Source of the DNA: Escherichia coli
Lineage (GTDB): Bacteria > Pseudomonadota > Gammaproteobacteria > Enterobacterales > Enterobacteriaceae
Assembly (NCBI RefSeq): GCF_003790525.1
Contig: NZ_CP033635.1
Reading direction: 5' to 3' (one strand)
DNA length: 64,000 nucleotides
Below are positions 10,615 through 23,734 of this stretch, piece after piece. Numbering within the stretch: position 1 is the stretch's first letter; every line of letters starts with the position of its first letter. The notes below the pieces were generated by a model, which was given only the letters and a program-made list of their open reading frames with translations, made no database searches and was not told the DNA's origin. Both the position numbers and the translations under genes were made by a program.

Positions 10615-12112
10615 AGTGCTCCTCCCGATGATGTAATGGCATCACGCCTTCTTGCTGTAATTTCAACTGATACCAGCTTTTCCATTTGTGCTGATAACGC
10701 TGTAATTGATGGTATCTCGCCCGATTCGGTAACAAACGTTGGGCTATGGTGACTTGCGGCGGTGGAATATCCGGTGCGGCGGTTAATAATGCTCCGACAG
10801 AAACCGCCTCGTTAAATGCAATTGCTTCAACCGGACGCTGTAAAATATCCGCCTTTAATTGCAGCCAAAGGGGATTACGGGTTGCCGGACCTATCACTTT
10901 TAACGCGCTGGTGCCGGGCACATTAAAACAGGCGAAGCAGTTGGCAAATTCCATGGTTAATCCCAGTGAGACGCTGGCAATTAACATATCGATATTTAAC
11001 GTATCGCCAAGCCCATAAAATAATCCTCGGGTATGGCGATTTTTATAGGGCGAACCCGAACCGCGAAGATGCGGAATAAAAACGGGAATGTCATCGAGCG
11101 ACCAGTTCCCCGCCAGGTAATCCGCATGTCCGCGAGTAAGTGATGCGGCGATCTCCTCATCGGTTAGCCGGAACGTGTTGCGCAGCCACTCCAGAGCGAA
11201 ACCGCCCACCGGCAGCGACGCAAACAGGGTGAACTGGTTTGCAAGCGAATAACAGCCGTTTGCCAGCTTGTCACGTTTGGCATGTTCATCCAGCGTCGGT
11301 TGTGTATCCAGTTGCAGAATGCCTTCTGTGGTGCCCGTCGAGTTAAGGATATCGCCCGGCGTCATCTGCAACGCCCGCGCACCCACCATATGGTCATGCC
11401 CGGCCAGCGTCACGCTGACCGGTTGCAAGAACCCAAGCGTTTTGCAGAGCGACTCGCTGACCCATCCGGCGTGCTCGCCTGGCTGCACCAATGGCGCAAA
11501 TGCTGAACAGGGAACGTGTAACAACGCCGCCGCTTTCGCTGACCATTCGCCTTTACGCACGTCCAGACACAGCGTACGGCTGGCTAAGGTGATATCCGTA
11601 CGCTGTTCGCCAGTCAGCCGCCAGAGCAGTACTTCCGGCGCATGTAGCCAACGCAGGCCGCGGCGATTACGCAGTGGATAATGCTCCAGCAACCAACGCA
11701 TTTTGAAGGCAGAGTAATTGCTGTGCAGCGGTAGCCCGCAGATGTCATAAAGCGCCGCACTGTCTGCCTCACTAAGCGTTGCCAGGTACTCTTCACCGCG
11801 GCGGTCATACCATGCCAGCATTGGCGTCAGGATCTCGCCATGCTCGTCAAGAAACACCCCTGACTCGCCAAAACTGGCAATGCTTATCCGCCTGACCGGC
11901 AGCGGCGAAGCGGCGCTCAGTTGCGCTATTGCCTGGCGGACCTCCTGCCAGAGGGCGTCGATATCGAAATCGACATCGCCCTGTGGGGAGATCTGTTTTG
12001 CCGTCACGAATTTATGCGCGCCCAACGTCGTTGCATCCAGGCAGGAAAAGCAGGTGACTTTGCAATTGGTGGTGCCAATATCGATAACGATAGCTGCGCT
12101 GTTATCAGGCAT
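10604..12112 (-). CDS. FGGY-family carbohydrate kinase (xylulokinase/glycerol kinase superfamily), substrate unknown
   Basis: 502 aa; N-terminal IDIGTTNCK motif and FGGY C-terminal domain; overlaps neighbouring genes by 8-11 nt. Confidence 0.8.
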   Translation of the reverse strand: MPDNSAAIVIDIGTTNCKVTCFSCLDATTLGAHKFVTAKQISPQGDVDFDIDALWQEVRQAIAQLSAASPLPVRRISIASFGESGVFLDEHGEILTPMLAWYDRRGEEYLATLSEADSAALYDICGLPLHSNYSAFKMRWLLEHYPLRNRRGLRWLHAPEVLLWRLTGEQRTDITLASRTLCLDVRKGEWSAKAAALLHVPCSAFAPLVQPGEHAGWVSESLCKTLGFLQPVSVTLAGHDHMVGARALQMTPGDILNSTGTTEGILQLDTQPTLDEHAKRDKLANGCYSLANQFTLFASLPVGGFALEWLRNTFRLTDEEIAASLTRGHADYLAGNWSLDDIPVFIPHLRGSGSPYKNRHTRGLFYGLGDTLNIDMLIASVSLGLTMEFANCFACFNVPGTSALKVIGPATRNPLWLQLKADILQRPVEAIAFNEAVSVGALLTAAPDIPPPQVTIAQRLLPNRARYHQLQRYQHKWKSWYQLKLQQEGVMPLHHREEHYVE

Positions 12113-13463
12113 AAACCGTGCTCCGCGTCATTCGGAAAATGCCATACAGTACCAGGGCGATAACCGGCACCAGACCAATGGCGATGAGATTGCCGTTGAA
12201 GATTTCCAGCAGCCAGAAGCGGAACGGGTTACCGCCATCAAGGAAACTGGAAACCTGGCCGCTGGAGCCTTCGGCAAATTTGAAGTTAACGTCTTTCGCC
12301 ATTCCGGTAATAAACGGCGCGATTTTAGTGGCAATCCACAGGTCGGCAATAATCACCGGGATCGCCGCCAGAACGGTGCGGAAAATATTGCCACGGCTGG
12401 CTAAAGCAATCATCGACGCCATTACCGCCAGGTTGGCAAGGTCACCAAGCGGCAGGACTTCATTACCTGGGAGGACAAACGCGATAAAGACCGAGATTGG
12501 CGTCAGCAGCAGGGCGGTGGAGATAATCGCCGGGTTACCTACGGCAACGGCGATATCCAGGCCGATATAGAGATCGTCACGGTCAGGGTATTTGGCATTG
12601 AGATACTTTTTAATGGCTTCAGACAGCGGTAATAAACCTTCCATCAGGATGCGTACCATGCGTGGCAGGATGAACATCACACCGCCAATGCTGATGCCAA
12701 GCAGCAAGACTTTTTTGAAATCGTATCCGGCAATTACGCCGAGCAGAATGCCCAGAATAGTGCCAACCATCATCGGTTCGCCGAAGATGCCAAACTTTTT
12801 CTGTACGGTTTCCGGGTCGATATGAATACGATTGAGGCCAGGGATATGGTCGATGATTTTGTCGACCAGCAGACCGACCGGGAAGAACACCACCGAAGAG
12901 AGCGTCGGCAATGAGATCCCTTCCAGGCCAAAGTATTTTTGTACCAGTGGCGCAGACCAGTCGGCGAGTTTTAGCACCACCACTGCGGCAATCGCGGCCG
13001 CCAGCAAACCAAAGAACAGGCTGCCGGTGCTGTAATAAACCAGCGTACCGGCAAGGGCAAAATGCCAGTAGTTCCACATATCTACATCAACGGTGCGGGT
13101 TTTATTCAACGCCAGCATTGCGACATTAATCAGAATGGTCAGGGGAATAACAAACGGGGCAATTGGCGACCCCCAGGTAATGGCAGAAAGCGGCGGCCAG
13201 CCTAAATCCACCACCGGTAAATTAATTCCGGTGCGTTCAACCATCGCCTGGGCCGCTGGCCCGACATTGCTGGTAAGAATATCGAAAATGGCATAAATAC
13301 CGACAAAACCAATGCCGACCGTTAATGACGAGCGTAAGGCTTTAGCGGGTTTTACTTTAAAACAGAGAGCAAGAATAAATAACACCAACGGCAACATTAC
13401 CGTGGGGCCAAATCCCAATATATATTGCACAATATTATAGAGGGTATGCGCGATATCGTTCAT
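12105..13463 (-). CDS. PTS EIIC component, galactitol (Gat) family
   Basis: Multi-TM protein with GatC-like motifs (GPTVMLP, LGWPP...TWGS, FGEPMMVG). Start set at the ATG preceded by AAGAGG (13463) rather than the GTG at 13493. Confidence 0.85.
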   Translation of the reverse strand: MNDIAHTLYNIVQYILGFGPTVMLPLVLFILALCFKVKPAKALRSSLTVGIGFVGIYAIFDILTSNVGPAAQAMVERTGINLPVVDLGWPPLSAITWGSPIAPFVIPLTILINVAMLALNKTRTVDVDMWNYWHFALAGTLVYYSTGSLFFGLLAAAIAAVVVLKLADWSAPLVQKYFGLEGISLPTLSSVVFFPVGLLVDKIIDHIPGLNRIHIDPETVQKKFGIFGEPMMVGTILGILLGVIAGYDFKKVLLLGISIGGVMFILPRMVRILMEGLLPLSEAIKKYLNAKYPDRDDLYIGLDIAVAVGNPAIISTALLLTPISVFIAFVLPGNEVLPLGDLANLAVMASMIALASRGNIFRTVLAAIPVIIADLWIATKIAPFITGMAKDVNFKFAEGSSGQVSSFLDGGNPFRFWLLEIFNGNLIAIGLVPVIALVLYGIFRMTRSTVYA

Positions 13464-13536
13464 AATAAACCTCTTTTTCAGGCGAGAGCGCACCTCGCGT
13501 TAGCGCCTGATGGAGTGGGTTGGAATTAATTATTAA

Positions 13537-13818
13537 TTACTTTTTAAGAATCGAAACAATTTGCGCCAGCACTTTCTCTTCGCCAATACCGGTAATAATG
13601 GGTAAGCCGTTAACCACCGGCACGTCGAGTTCATAAGGCACTTTAGTCGTTGAAACAACCAGCGCTACGCCGTCGGTATTACCGGGTAAAGAGGCAACGT
13701 TGGTTTGGGAATAATTGACGTTAAGGCCGTGCTCTTTGCAATACTCCATGACTTTTTCTGTTACCGCCGTGGATGTGGCAATACCTGTGGCGCAGACAAA
13801 TAAAATGGTTTGACTCAT
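13537..13818 (-). CDS. PTS EIIB component, galactitol family
   Basis: 93 aa; phosphorylation-site Cys in LFVCATGIATS; start overlaps the EIIA stop. Confidence 0.85.
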   Translation of the reverse strand: MSQTILFVCATGIATSTAVTEKVMEYCKEHGLNVNYSQTNVASLPGNTDGVALVVSTTKVPYELDVPVVNGLPIITGIGEEKVLAQIVSILKK

Positions 13819-14288
13819 ATTTCACCTCGTTCATTCATTTTGTTTAAGATTACTGTGTGTATTTCTGTTGTTTCCATCGTAAGCAAGGCTTGCATAAAGG
13901 GCGTATCCTGAATCATCTCCATAATCCAGCCCAGGGCATTTAATTGTTTGTTACTTTCGCTTAAGGCGAGCAAAAAAATCACCCTGACAGGCACGGGATC
14001 AGGGTCGCCGCCCATATCGGCAAACTCTACCGGCTCTGGCAAAATACCGACGGCAATTGCATTGTGCCGGACATGTTTATGGTCCGTGTGCGGAATGGCG
14101 ACGCACGGTGGTTCGGTAGGCAGCCCCGTTGGATACGTCGCCTCACGTTTCAGTACGTGATTGGCAAAATCAGGGACCACCAGCTCAGCAGCAACCAACG
14201 GTTGCGCTAACTGACGGATGATCTGTTCAACGCTTAACCCTGCCGGAAGTCGTTGAATATAATTTTCCTGAAACTGTATGCCTTGCAT
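13815..14288 (-). CDS. PTS EIIA component (type-2 EIIA fold, GatA-like)
   Basis: About 157 aa with a conserved His region (AIPHTDH). Start placed at the second ATG, which has a GAGGAA RBS; the ORF track extends to 14300. Confidence 0.8.
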   Translation of the reverse strand: MQGIQFQENYIQRLPAGLSVEQIIRQLAQPLVAAELVVPDFANHVLKREATYPTGLPTEPPCVAIPHTDHKHVRHNAIAVGILPEPVEFADMGGDPDPVPVRVIFLLALSESNKQLNALGWIMEMIQDTPFMQALLTMETTEIHTVILNKMNERGEI

Positions 14289-14312
14289 TTTATTCCTCAT
14301 AAAAAAGTGTAT

Positions 14313-15068
14313 TTAACTCACTTCCCGCCGTTGCAGCACGGTGCCCAGATAATATTTATTTCCTTTTAACCAGACGTTGCCAAACTCAACGGGTAACTCT
14401 CGGGAGAAAAAGACTAACTGCTCCAGATGCAAAACGGGTGCATCTTCACTGATATCTAAAAAATGACCGCGTTCATTACCAATTAATCGCGCGGCATAGC
14501 GACTTTCCGAGTAACGAATTTTTCTTTGCGACAAACTTTCTATTGTTGGAAATAAATTGTGTTGATTAAAATCGATTTCCACGATGCCGGGGCATAGCTC
14601 AATATTGATACGGTTCTCTATCAGCATCGCTTTTTCATCACCAATTGAACGTAAACGCTCAAGGTAAAGAATATCCTGACCGGGCGTTATTCTTAATTTC
14701 TCTGCCACATAACGATTAGCCGGTTCAATCCGTGACGTAATAACTTCAGTGGTAAAATGTATTTTCTGGCTTTCCAGCGATTCCGCGAATGACAATAATC
14801 CTTCACCTAACGGATATGCCACGTTCTCTTTTTTGACAAAAGTTCCCTTCCCCTGGACCTGAATCAACACGCCTTCTTTTACCAGTTGGGCGACCGCTTT
14901 TTTAACGGTTCCCCGACTCACTTCCAGCATATCCATAATCTGGTATTCCGAAGGAATGCGATCGTCTTCCACCAGATCCCCGGTATAAATACTTTCTCTT
15001 ATCCACTCCACCACTTGTTGATAGAGCGGTATTTGTGACGACTTACTTAATGATTTCATGGCGCGCAC
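14313..15068 (-). CDS. GntR/HutC-family transcriptional regulator with UTRA effector domain; probable regulator of the adjacent PTS operon
   Basis: 251 aa; N-terminal wHTH (SEYQIMDMLEVSRGTVKKAVAQLVKEGVL) and C-terminal UTRA-like domain. Confidence 0.85.
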   Translation of the reverse strand: MRAMKSLSKSSQIPLYQQVVEWIRESIYTGDLVEDDRIPSEYQIMDMLEVSRGTVKKAVAQLVKEGVLIQVQGKGTFVKKENVAYPLGEGLLSFAESLESQKIHFTTEVITSRIEPANRYVAEKLRITPGQDILYLERLRSIGDEKAMLIENRINIELCPGIVEIDFNQHNLFPTIESLSQRKIRYSESRYAARLIGNERGHFLDISEDAPVLHLEQLVFFSRELPVEFGNVWLKGNKYYLGTVLQRREVS

Positions 15069-15080
15069 CTGAACATTTAC

Positions 15081-15108
15081 AGTTGTCTATGGACAATCAT
15101 GGACAACT
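15081..15108. promoter_or_regulatory. Nested palindrome AGTTGTC-N14-GACAACT / TTGTC-N4-GACAA, candidate operator of the GntR/HutC regulator
   Basis: Perfect inverted repeats 13-40 bp upstream of the regulator start codon. Confidence 0.5.
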
Positions 15109-15223
15109 TCAAGCGTATAGTAGGTGAACGGGAGAAAAAGAGGATCGAAGCGTCTCACATTTTGAGGGACCAAATCGTGATCAAAAAAATGTGACGTGAG
15201 TCGATATTTGGCAGGAATTTACT

Positions 15224-15246
15224 GCGCCGTCAGGAAATAACGGCGC
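15224..15246 (-). terminator. Hairpin (GCGCCGT/ACGGCGC) just downstream of the nikR stop
   Basis: 7-bp inverted repeat; weak T tract on the minus strand. Confidence 0.35.
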
Positions 15247-15257
15247 GTGGGTAGGTG

Positions 15258-18061
<2,804 letters not shown>

Positions 18062-18065
<4 letters not shown>

Positions 18066-19006
18066 GCGTGGGCTCCTTCATGACGACGAATACGTGGGTC
18101 CAGCGCGGCGTTGAGCAAATCGACAATCAAATTACAGACCACAAAAACCACCACCATCATCAGCGTAAAGCACTGGATCACCGGATAGTCACGGTTGAAA
18201 ATCGCCGACACCGCATAGCGCCCGACGCCCGGCCAGGCAAAGATGTTTTCGATAATCATCGTCCCGCCAATCAGTTCGCCAATGTGCATCCCCACGGCGG
18301 TGATCATCGGCAGCGAGGCATTGCGCAGGATGTGGCGGCGTTCGGTCTGTTTGTCGTTCAGGCCGCGCAGTCGCGCCCAGGTCACATGACGCTGACCGGC
18401 GACGTCCAGCATACTGGCGCGCAGCAGACGCGCGTTAATCGCCAGCGACATAAAAGCGATGGAAACCGCAGGCAAAATGATGTGCTGCCAGCCGCCGTAA
18501 CCCATCGCGGGCAGCCATTGCAGATACACTGAAAATGCCATCACCAGTAAAAACGCCAACCAGAAGTTAGGCATCGACACGCCAAGAAACGCGATAAAAC
18601 GCACGGCGAAATCCGGCAGGCGGTCGCGATGGCGCGCCGCCCAGATGCCGAGCGGCACGGAAGTGAGCAGAATTAATACCAGCGCCGCACCCGCCAGCTC
18701 CAGCGTGGCGGGCAGGAAGGTCAGCATATCGTCCAGCACCGGGCGTTGGCTGGCGAATGAGATACCAAAGTCAAGATGCAGCGCTTTCCACAACCAGGTT
18801 CCGTACTGCACGTACAACGGCTGATCCAGCCCCAGCATGGTGCGGGTAGAAGCCAGCATTTCCGGCGTCGGCGGCAGGTTAGACAGACGCAGATAATCGA
18901 GCGCCGGGTCGCCGGTGCCGAGGCGCAGCATCAGAAAAATGATCACCGAGGCGGCGAGCACCATCGGGATCAGCAGCAGAAAGCGGCGTAATACATAACG
19001 CAACAT
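18062..19006 (-). CDS. nikB: Nickel ABC transporter permease NikB
   Basis: 314 aa; DppB/OppB-type permease. Confidence 0.93.
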
Positions 19007-20580
19007 TAAGGTTTCACCGGTTTAATCTGTTCGAACGGGATTTCGGTGGCGATCGGCGCGTAGGGGATGTTACCCAGTTCCGGTTTTGAAACCACCATCA
19101 TTGAGATATAGCTGATGGGCAGATAAACCGCCTCGTTATGCAGACGGGTCAGAATGTCGCGATACAGTGCCTGACGTTGTGTTTCGTCGTGTGTCGCCAG
19201 CACTTCGCCAATCTCTTTATCAATCAGTGGCTTGTCGGCTAAACCTTGCTGTGCCTGGAAGTCAGCGTGCGACGGTACGCGCATTGAACTCAGGAAGGCG
19301 TGTGGATCGTATGGCGCGCCCCAGGTACGGTGGAAAATCATGCCAAAACGACCGTCGCGCTGACGAGCATAGATACTGCTCTCTTCTTCGCCGATCAGCG
19401 TGACATCCGCGCCAATCTGGCGCATATCAGCCTGAATGATTTCGGCCATTGATTTGCTTAACGCATCGGTGCCGATGAACGACAGTTCAATGCGCAGCGG
19501 CTGACCATTTTTCTCGCGGATGTCTTTGCCTGCGGGCAGCGTCCAGCCTGCTTGTTCCAGCAACGCTTTCGCTTTCTGCGGATCGTACTGGCGCGGTTTC
19601 AGGCCGAGATTGGCATAGGGCACGGAAGGGGCAAACAGGGTGTCGGCGACCTGCTGGGTGCCATACAACGCGTTATCGATCAGCGATTTTTTGTTTACCG
19701 CGTAATTGAGAGCTTCACGTACGGCCAGCTCGTTGGTGGGGGCTTTGGCAGTATTGAGCGCCAGCATCACGGTTTCGATCGGCTGTGACAGTTGGGTGTG
19801 GTAAGCCGAGTTCTGGCTAAAGCGGGCGAAGGTATCGAGCGGTAATAGCCCTTCATTACCGTATAGTAGATCGATATCGCCGGTTTCAAACGCTACTGCG
19901 CGGGTAGTCGGGTCTGGGATGACGTTAAAAGTGATCTTCTTAATCGCCGGCTTTTCGCCCCAGTAGTTTTCGTTACGGACGAAGACATCGTACTGATTCA
20001 GTTTCGATTCCTGCAAAACCCACGGCCCGGTGCCAATCGGCGCTTTAATCCCATTCATGGTTTCATGGTTTTTAAACTGCGAGGGGGCGATAAAGCGGAA
20101 AGGGCGCGGCAGGGCCAGTTCTTGCAGGAAAGGATAGTAGGCGCTTTTCAGGGTGATTTGCAGCTCGTTTTTGCTGAGTGCTTTGACATCAACAATCTGG
20201 TTTGCCAGCTCCAGCCAGGCGTGACGTTGACGGTTGTCGAGCACAGCGCGGAAGTTTTCTGCCGCGGCCTCTGCATCAAACGGTTCACCGTTAGAGAATT
20301 TCACATCATCACGCAGGGTGAAGGTCCAGGTTTTGCCATCTTCTGAATGGGTCCAGCTTTTTGCCAGCCACGGGATCACCGAACCGTCTGCCTGATATTT
20401 CACCAGTGGTTCATAAACCATGCTCTGGGCGAACATTTGGTTAGGCGTGTAAAGGTGCGGGTTTAGTGGCCCGACATTCACCGGCCAGGCGGTGGTGATT
20501 TCATCTGGTGCAGCGGCATGGACGATAAAAGACGCACAAGCCAGCAGCGCAAATAGAGTGCGGCGGAGTGTAGAGAACAT
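19006..20580 (-). CDS. nikA: Periplasmic nickel-binding protein NikA
   Basis: 524 aa with signal peptide; SBP family 5. Confidence 0.93.
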   Translation of the reverse strand: MFSTLRRTLFALLACASFIVHAAAPDEITTAWPVNVGPLNPHLYTPNQMFAQSMVYEPLVKYQADGSVIPWLAKSWTHSEDGKTWTFTLRDDVKFSNGEPFDAEAAAENFRAVLDNRQRHAWLELANQIVDVKALSKNELQITLKSAYYPFLQELALPRPFRFIAPSQFKNHETMNGIKAPIGTGPWVLQESKLNQYDVFVRNENYWGEKPAIKKITFNVIPDPTTRAVAFETGDIDLLYGNEGLLPLDTFARFSQNSAYHTQLSQPIETVMLALNTAKAPTNELAVREALNYAVNKKSLIDNALYGTQQVADTLFAPSVPYANLGLKPRQYDPQKAKALLEQAGWTLPAGKDIREKNGQPLRIELSFIGTDALSKSMAEIIQADMRQIGADVTLIGEEESSIYARQRDGRFGMIFHRTWGAPYDPHAFLSSMRVPSHADFQAQQGLADKPLIDKEIGEVLATHDETQRQALYRDILTRLHNEAVYLPISYISMMVVSKPELGNIPYAPIATEIPFEQIKPVKP

Positions 20581-20617
20581 GGTAACCCCAATGGATTAAA
20601 ATAGATGGCGGAAATAA

Positions 20618-20645
20618 GTATGACGATTTTAAGTATTCGTCATAC
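20618..20645. promoter_or_regulatory. NikR operator GTATGA-N16-TCATAC in the nikA promoter
   Basis: Exact match to the dyad (GTATGA cgattttaagtattcg TCATAC), 38-65 bp upstream of the nikA start. Confidence 0.85.
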
Positions 20646-20690
20646 TGATTACCTGTTCTGGATCAATAGATGGGCAGTCGGGTGGGCGGA

Positions 20691-21278
20691 TCAGTTAACT
20701 GAATCGATCCATTGCACACTGTCGGCGGTGAGCGTAAAGGGGGTAGGGGTGCAGATCGCCAGGCTTAAATTTTCTAGCTGACAATGGCTGACTGACAGCG
20801 AGGAGTTATAGGTGCTGTCTACGCTGACGATTTGCCAGGCGCTGCCGCCACGCTGTTTAACGATGGCTTCTTTGCGCGTCCAGATGCGCCAGAACATTTC
20901 CAGTTGCTGATCAGGATGCACGGCGTCCATCTCGGCATGTTCCCCAAGGCTGAATACGGCGTTCGCCAGCCAGCGCCAGTTGGCGCGCGGGCGAATCACT
21001 TCGATATCGCAGCCGACTTCGCCTTCATCGCTCAACAGCAGGGCGATATCGTCACCGCTATGGCTTAAGTTGAACCATAGCGGCGTTTCCGGCGCGAATG
21101 CAGGTTTGCCTTGTTCGCCATAGATGATCTCCGGTAGCGGGGAAAGCGTGTGCGAAAGCAATGCACGCCCCGCCAGCCAGCGTTCGCGTCGTGGACCTTG
21201 CGGTGCTTGCTCGCGTAAACCCGGTGGCAGAGGAGCTGCGCTTAAGGTCGAAACTTTCCCCAGAACTATCCGATACAT
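20691..21278 (-). CDS. acpT: 4'-phosphopantetheinyl transferase AcpT
   Basis: 195 aa; position directly upstream of nikA as in K-12. Confidence 0.85.
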   Translation of the reverse strand: MYRIVLGKVSTLSAAPLPPGLREQAPQGPRRERWLAGRALLSHTLSPLPEIIYGEQGKPAFAPETPLWFNLSHSGDDIALLLSDEGEVGCDIEVIRPRANWRWLANAVFSLGEHAEMDAVHPDQQLEMFWRIWTRKEAIVKQRGGSAWQIVSVDSTYNSSLSVSHCQLENLSLAICTPTPFTLTADSVQWIDSVN

Positions 21279-21332
21279 ATCAGGGCCAACGTTTAATGGA
21301 AAATGAAAGTGCGTATCGTAACACTTGTCGCC

Positions 21333-22382
21333 TCATCCCGGTAATCGACTTTTCGGTCTGCCCGGTCCCAGTAAAATCGCCAGTTTGCTACCGCCTTTGG
21401 TGGTTTCCATCCAGATTTTACACACGCTGGTTAATGGTACCGAAAGTAGCATCCCTACCGGGCCGAGCAGCCATCCCCAAATTAACAATGAAAGAAATAC
21501 CACCATGGTGGACATCCCCAGGCGATGGCCCATCATCCGTGGTTCTAAAATATTGCCGATGACCATATGGACCACTAAAAACAATGCGCCGACCAGAATA
21601 CATTCGTAAACGCCATTAAACAGCAGCACCTGAATCATTGGCGGTACGGCGGAAATTACCGCGCCGATATTGGGCACGTAGTTGAGCAAAAACGCCAGTA
21701 CTGCCCACATCAGCGCAAACTGTACGCCCATTAGCGCCAGCCCCAGCCAGACGATTACGCCTGTCCATAAACTTAGCAGTGTCTTCAATGCAAGATAGTG
21801 CGAAACACCTTTTAAGGCGCGGTGTAGTCCGGCGATGTGAATCTGTGGATTATTCAACGCAAAACGCATTTTGTAAGGGACGTGGCGCACTTCAAACAGC
21901 ATGAAAACTACGGTCATCACCAGCAAAAGCACGCTCGCCATTGCCCCGGAAAGCCCGGTCATTAGCGCCGTGGTGAAGGTAACCATTTTTTCCGAGTCCA
22001 TCCGCTGCAGCATTCGCTCCGGCGACATATGCAAATTAAGAAAAGGCAACATCTCCTGCAATTTAAAAAGTTTGCGCGTCAGCTCCTTATTAAACTTCGG
22101 CAGCATAGAGATAAATTCGTTAAACGATGCCGCCAGTACGCCGACCAGCGCGGTTAGTGCGATCAGCATCACCACCACCACAATCGTAATGGCAACGGGG
22201 CGTTGTACTCCCCGACGAATAAACCAGGTGACGAGCGGGTTGAGGACGATGGCAAAAAACAGCGCCAGTAACAGCTGCACAATGATATCTGCCGCTGCGT
22301 GAATTCCCGCGAGGATCACCACCAGCGAGGCCAGCTTGAGCAGAATGTGCATGCCCGTTTTATCGGGTTGAGGGGTTTCCAT
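21333..22382 (-). CDS. yhhT: AI-2E family transporter YhhT
   Basis: Start placed at METPQPDK (349 aa); polytopic membrane protein. The ORF track extends 27 codons further upstream. Confidence 0.85.
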   Translation of the reverse strand: METPQPDKTGMHILLKLASLVVILAGIHAAADIIVQLLLALFFAIVLNPLVTWFIRRGVQRPVAITIVVVVMLIALTALVGVLAASFNEFISMLPKFNKELTRKLFKLQEMLPFLNLHMSPERMLQRMDSEKMVTFTTALMTGLSGAMASVLLLVMTVVFMLFEVRHVPYKMRFALNNPQIHIAGLHRALKGVSHYLALKTLLSLWTGVIVWLGLALMGVQFALMWAVLAFLLNYVPNIGAVISAVPPMIQVLLFNGVYECILVGALFLVVHMVIGNILEPRMMGHRLGMSTMVVFLSLLIWGWLLGPVGMLLSVPLTSVCKIWMETTKGGSKLAILLGPGRPKSRLPG

Positions 22383-22513
22383 TGGGGCTTCCTTGTGACT
22401 TTTTGTATTAAGTGTAGCGGGAGTCACGCCAGCAATATTCTGATTCTTACTGCTGATTTTCACGTCAGCACGTGGTAAAAATGAAACACTGTTGTAAAAA
22501 TGTGGTGATCCTC

Positions 22514-23731
22514 ATGCCCGAACCCGTAGCCGAACCCGCGCTAAACGGATTGCGCCTGAATTTGCGCATTGTCTCCATTGTCATGTTTAACTTCGCCAGC
22601 TACCTCACCATCGGGTTGCCGCTCGCTGTATTACCGGGCTATGTCCATGATGTGATGGGATTTAGTGCCTTCTGGGCAGGGTTGGTTATCAGCCTGCAAT
22701 ATTTCGCCACCTTGCTGAGCCGTCCTCATGCCGGACGTTACGCCGATTTGCTGGGACCCAAAAAGATTGTCGTCTTCGGTTTATGCGGCTGCTTTTTGAG
22801 CGGTCTGGGATATCTGACGGCGGGATTAACCGCCAGTCTGCCCGTCATCAGCCTGTTATTACTGTGCCTGGGGCGCGTAATCCTTGGGATTGGGCAAAGT
22901 TTTGCCGGAACGGGATCGACCCTGTGGGGTGTTGGCGTGGTTGGTTCGCTACATATCGGGCGGGTGATTTCGTGGAACGGTATTGTCACTTACGGGGCGA
23001 TGGCGATGGGTGCGCCGTTAGGTGTCGTGTTTTATCACTGGGGCGGATTGCAGGCGTTAGCGTTAATCATTATGGGCGTGGCGCTGGTGGCCATTTTGTT
23101 GGCGATCCCGCGTCCGATGGTAAAAGCCAGTAAAGGCAAACCGCTGCCGTTTCGTGCGGTGCTTGGGCGCGTCTGGCTGTACGGTATGGCGCTGGCACTG
23201 GCTTCCGCCGGATTTGGCGTTATCGCCACCTTTATCACGCTGTTTTATGACGCTAAAGGTTGGGACGGTGCGGCTTTCGCGCTGACGCTGTTTAGCTGTG
23301 CGTTTGTCGGTACGCGTTTGTTATTCCCTAACGGCATTAACCGTATCGGCGGCTTAAACGTGGCGATGATTTGCTTTAGCGTTGAGATAATCGGCCTGCT
23401 ACTGGTTGGCGTGGCGACTATGCCGTGGATGGCGAAAATCGGCGTCTTACTCGCGGGGGCGGGGTTTTCGCTGGTGTTCCCGGCATTGGGCGTAGTGGCG
23501 GTAAAAGCGGTTCCGCAGCAAAATCAGGGGGCGGCGCTGGCAACTTACACCGTATTTATGGATTTATCGCTTGGCGTGACCGGACCACTGGCTGGGCTGG
23601 TGATGAGTTGGGCGGGCGTCCCGGTGATTTATCTGGCGGCGGCGGGACTGGTCGCAATCGCGTTATTACTGACGTGGCGATTAAAAAAACGGCCTCCGGT
23701 GGAAGTACCTGAGGCCATCTCATCATCTTAA
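22514..23731 (+). CDS. yhhS: MFS transporter YhhS
   Basis: Start placed at MPEPVAEP (405 aa); 12-TM MFS protein; divergent from yhhT. Confidence 0.85.
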   Translation: MPEPVAEPALNGLRLNLRIVSIVMFNFASYLTIGLPLAVLPGYVHDVMGFSAFWAGLVISLQYFATLLSRPHAGRYADLLGPKKIVVFGLCGCFLSGLGYLTAGLTASLPVISLLLLCLGRVILGIGQSFAGTGSTLWGVGVVGSLHIGRVISWNGIVTYGAMAMGAPLGVVFYHWGGLQALALIIMGVALVAILLAIPRPMVKASKGKPLPFRAVLGRVWLYGMALALASAGFGVIATFITLFYDAKGWDGAAFALTLFSCAFVGTRLLFPNGINRIGGLNVAMICFSVEIIGLLLVGVATMPWMAKIGVLLAGAGFSLVFPALGVVAVKAVPQQNQGAALATYTVFMDLSLGVTGPLAGLVMSWAGVPVIYLAAAGLVAIALLLTWRLKKRPPVEVPEAISSS

Positions 23732-23734
23732 AAC

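Noticed and set aside
20646-20690. FNR site in the nikA promoter
   Set aside because: Only a partial match (TGATT...GGATCAA) to TTGAT-N4-ATCAA could be found by eye; not confident enough to annotate.
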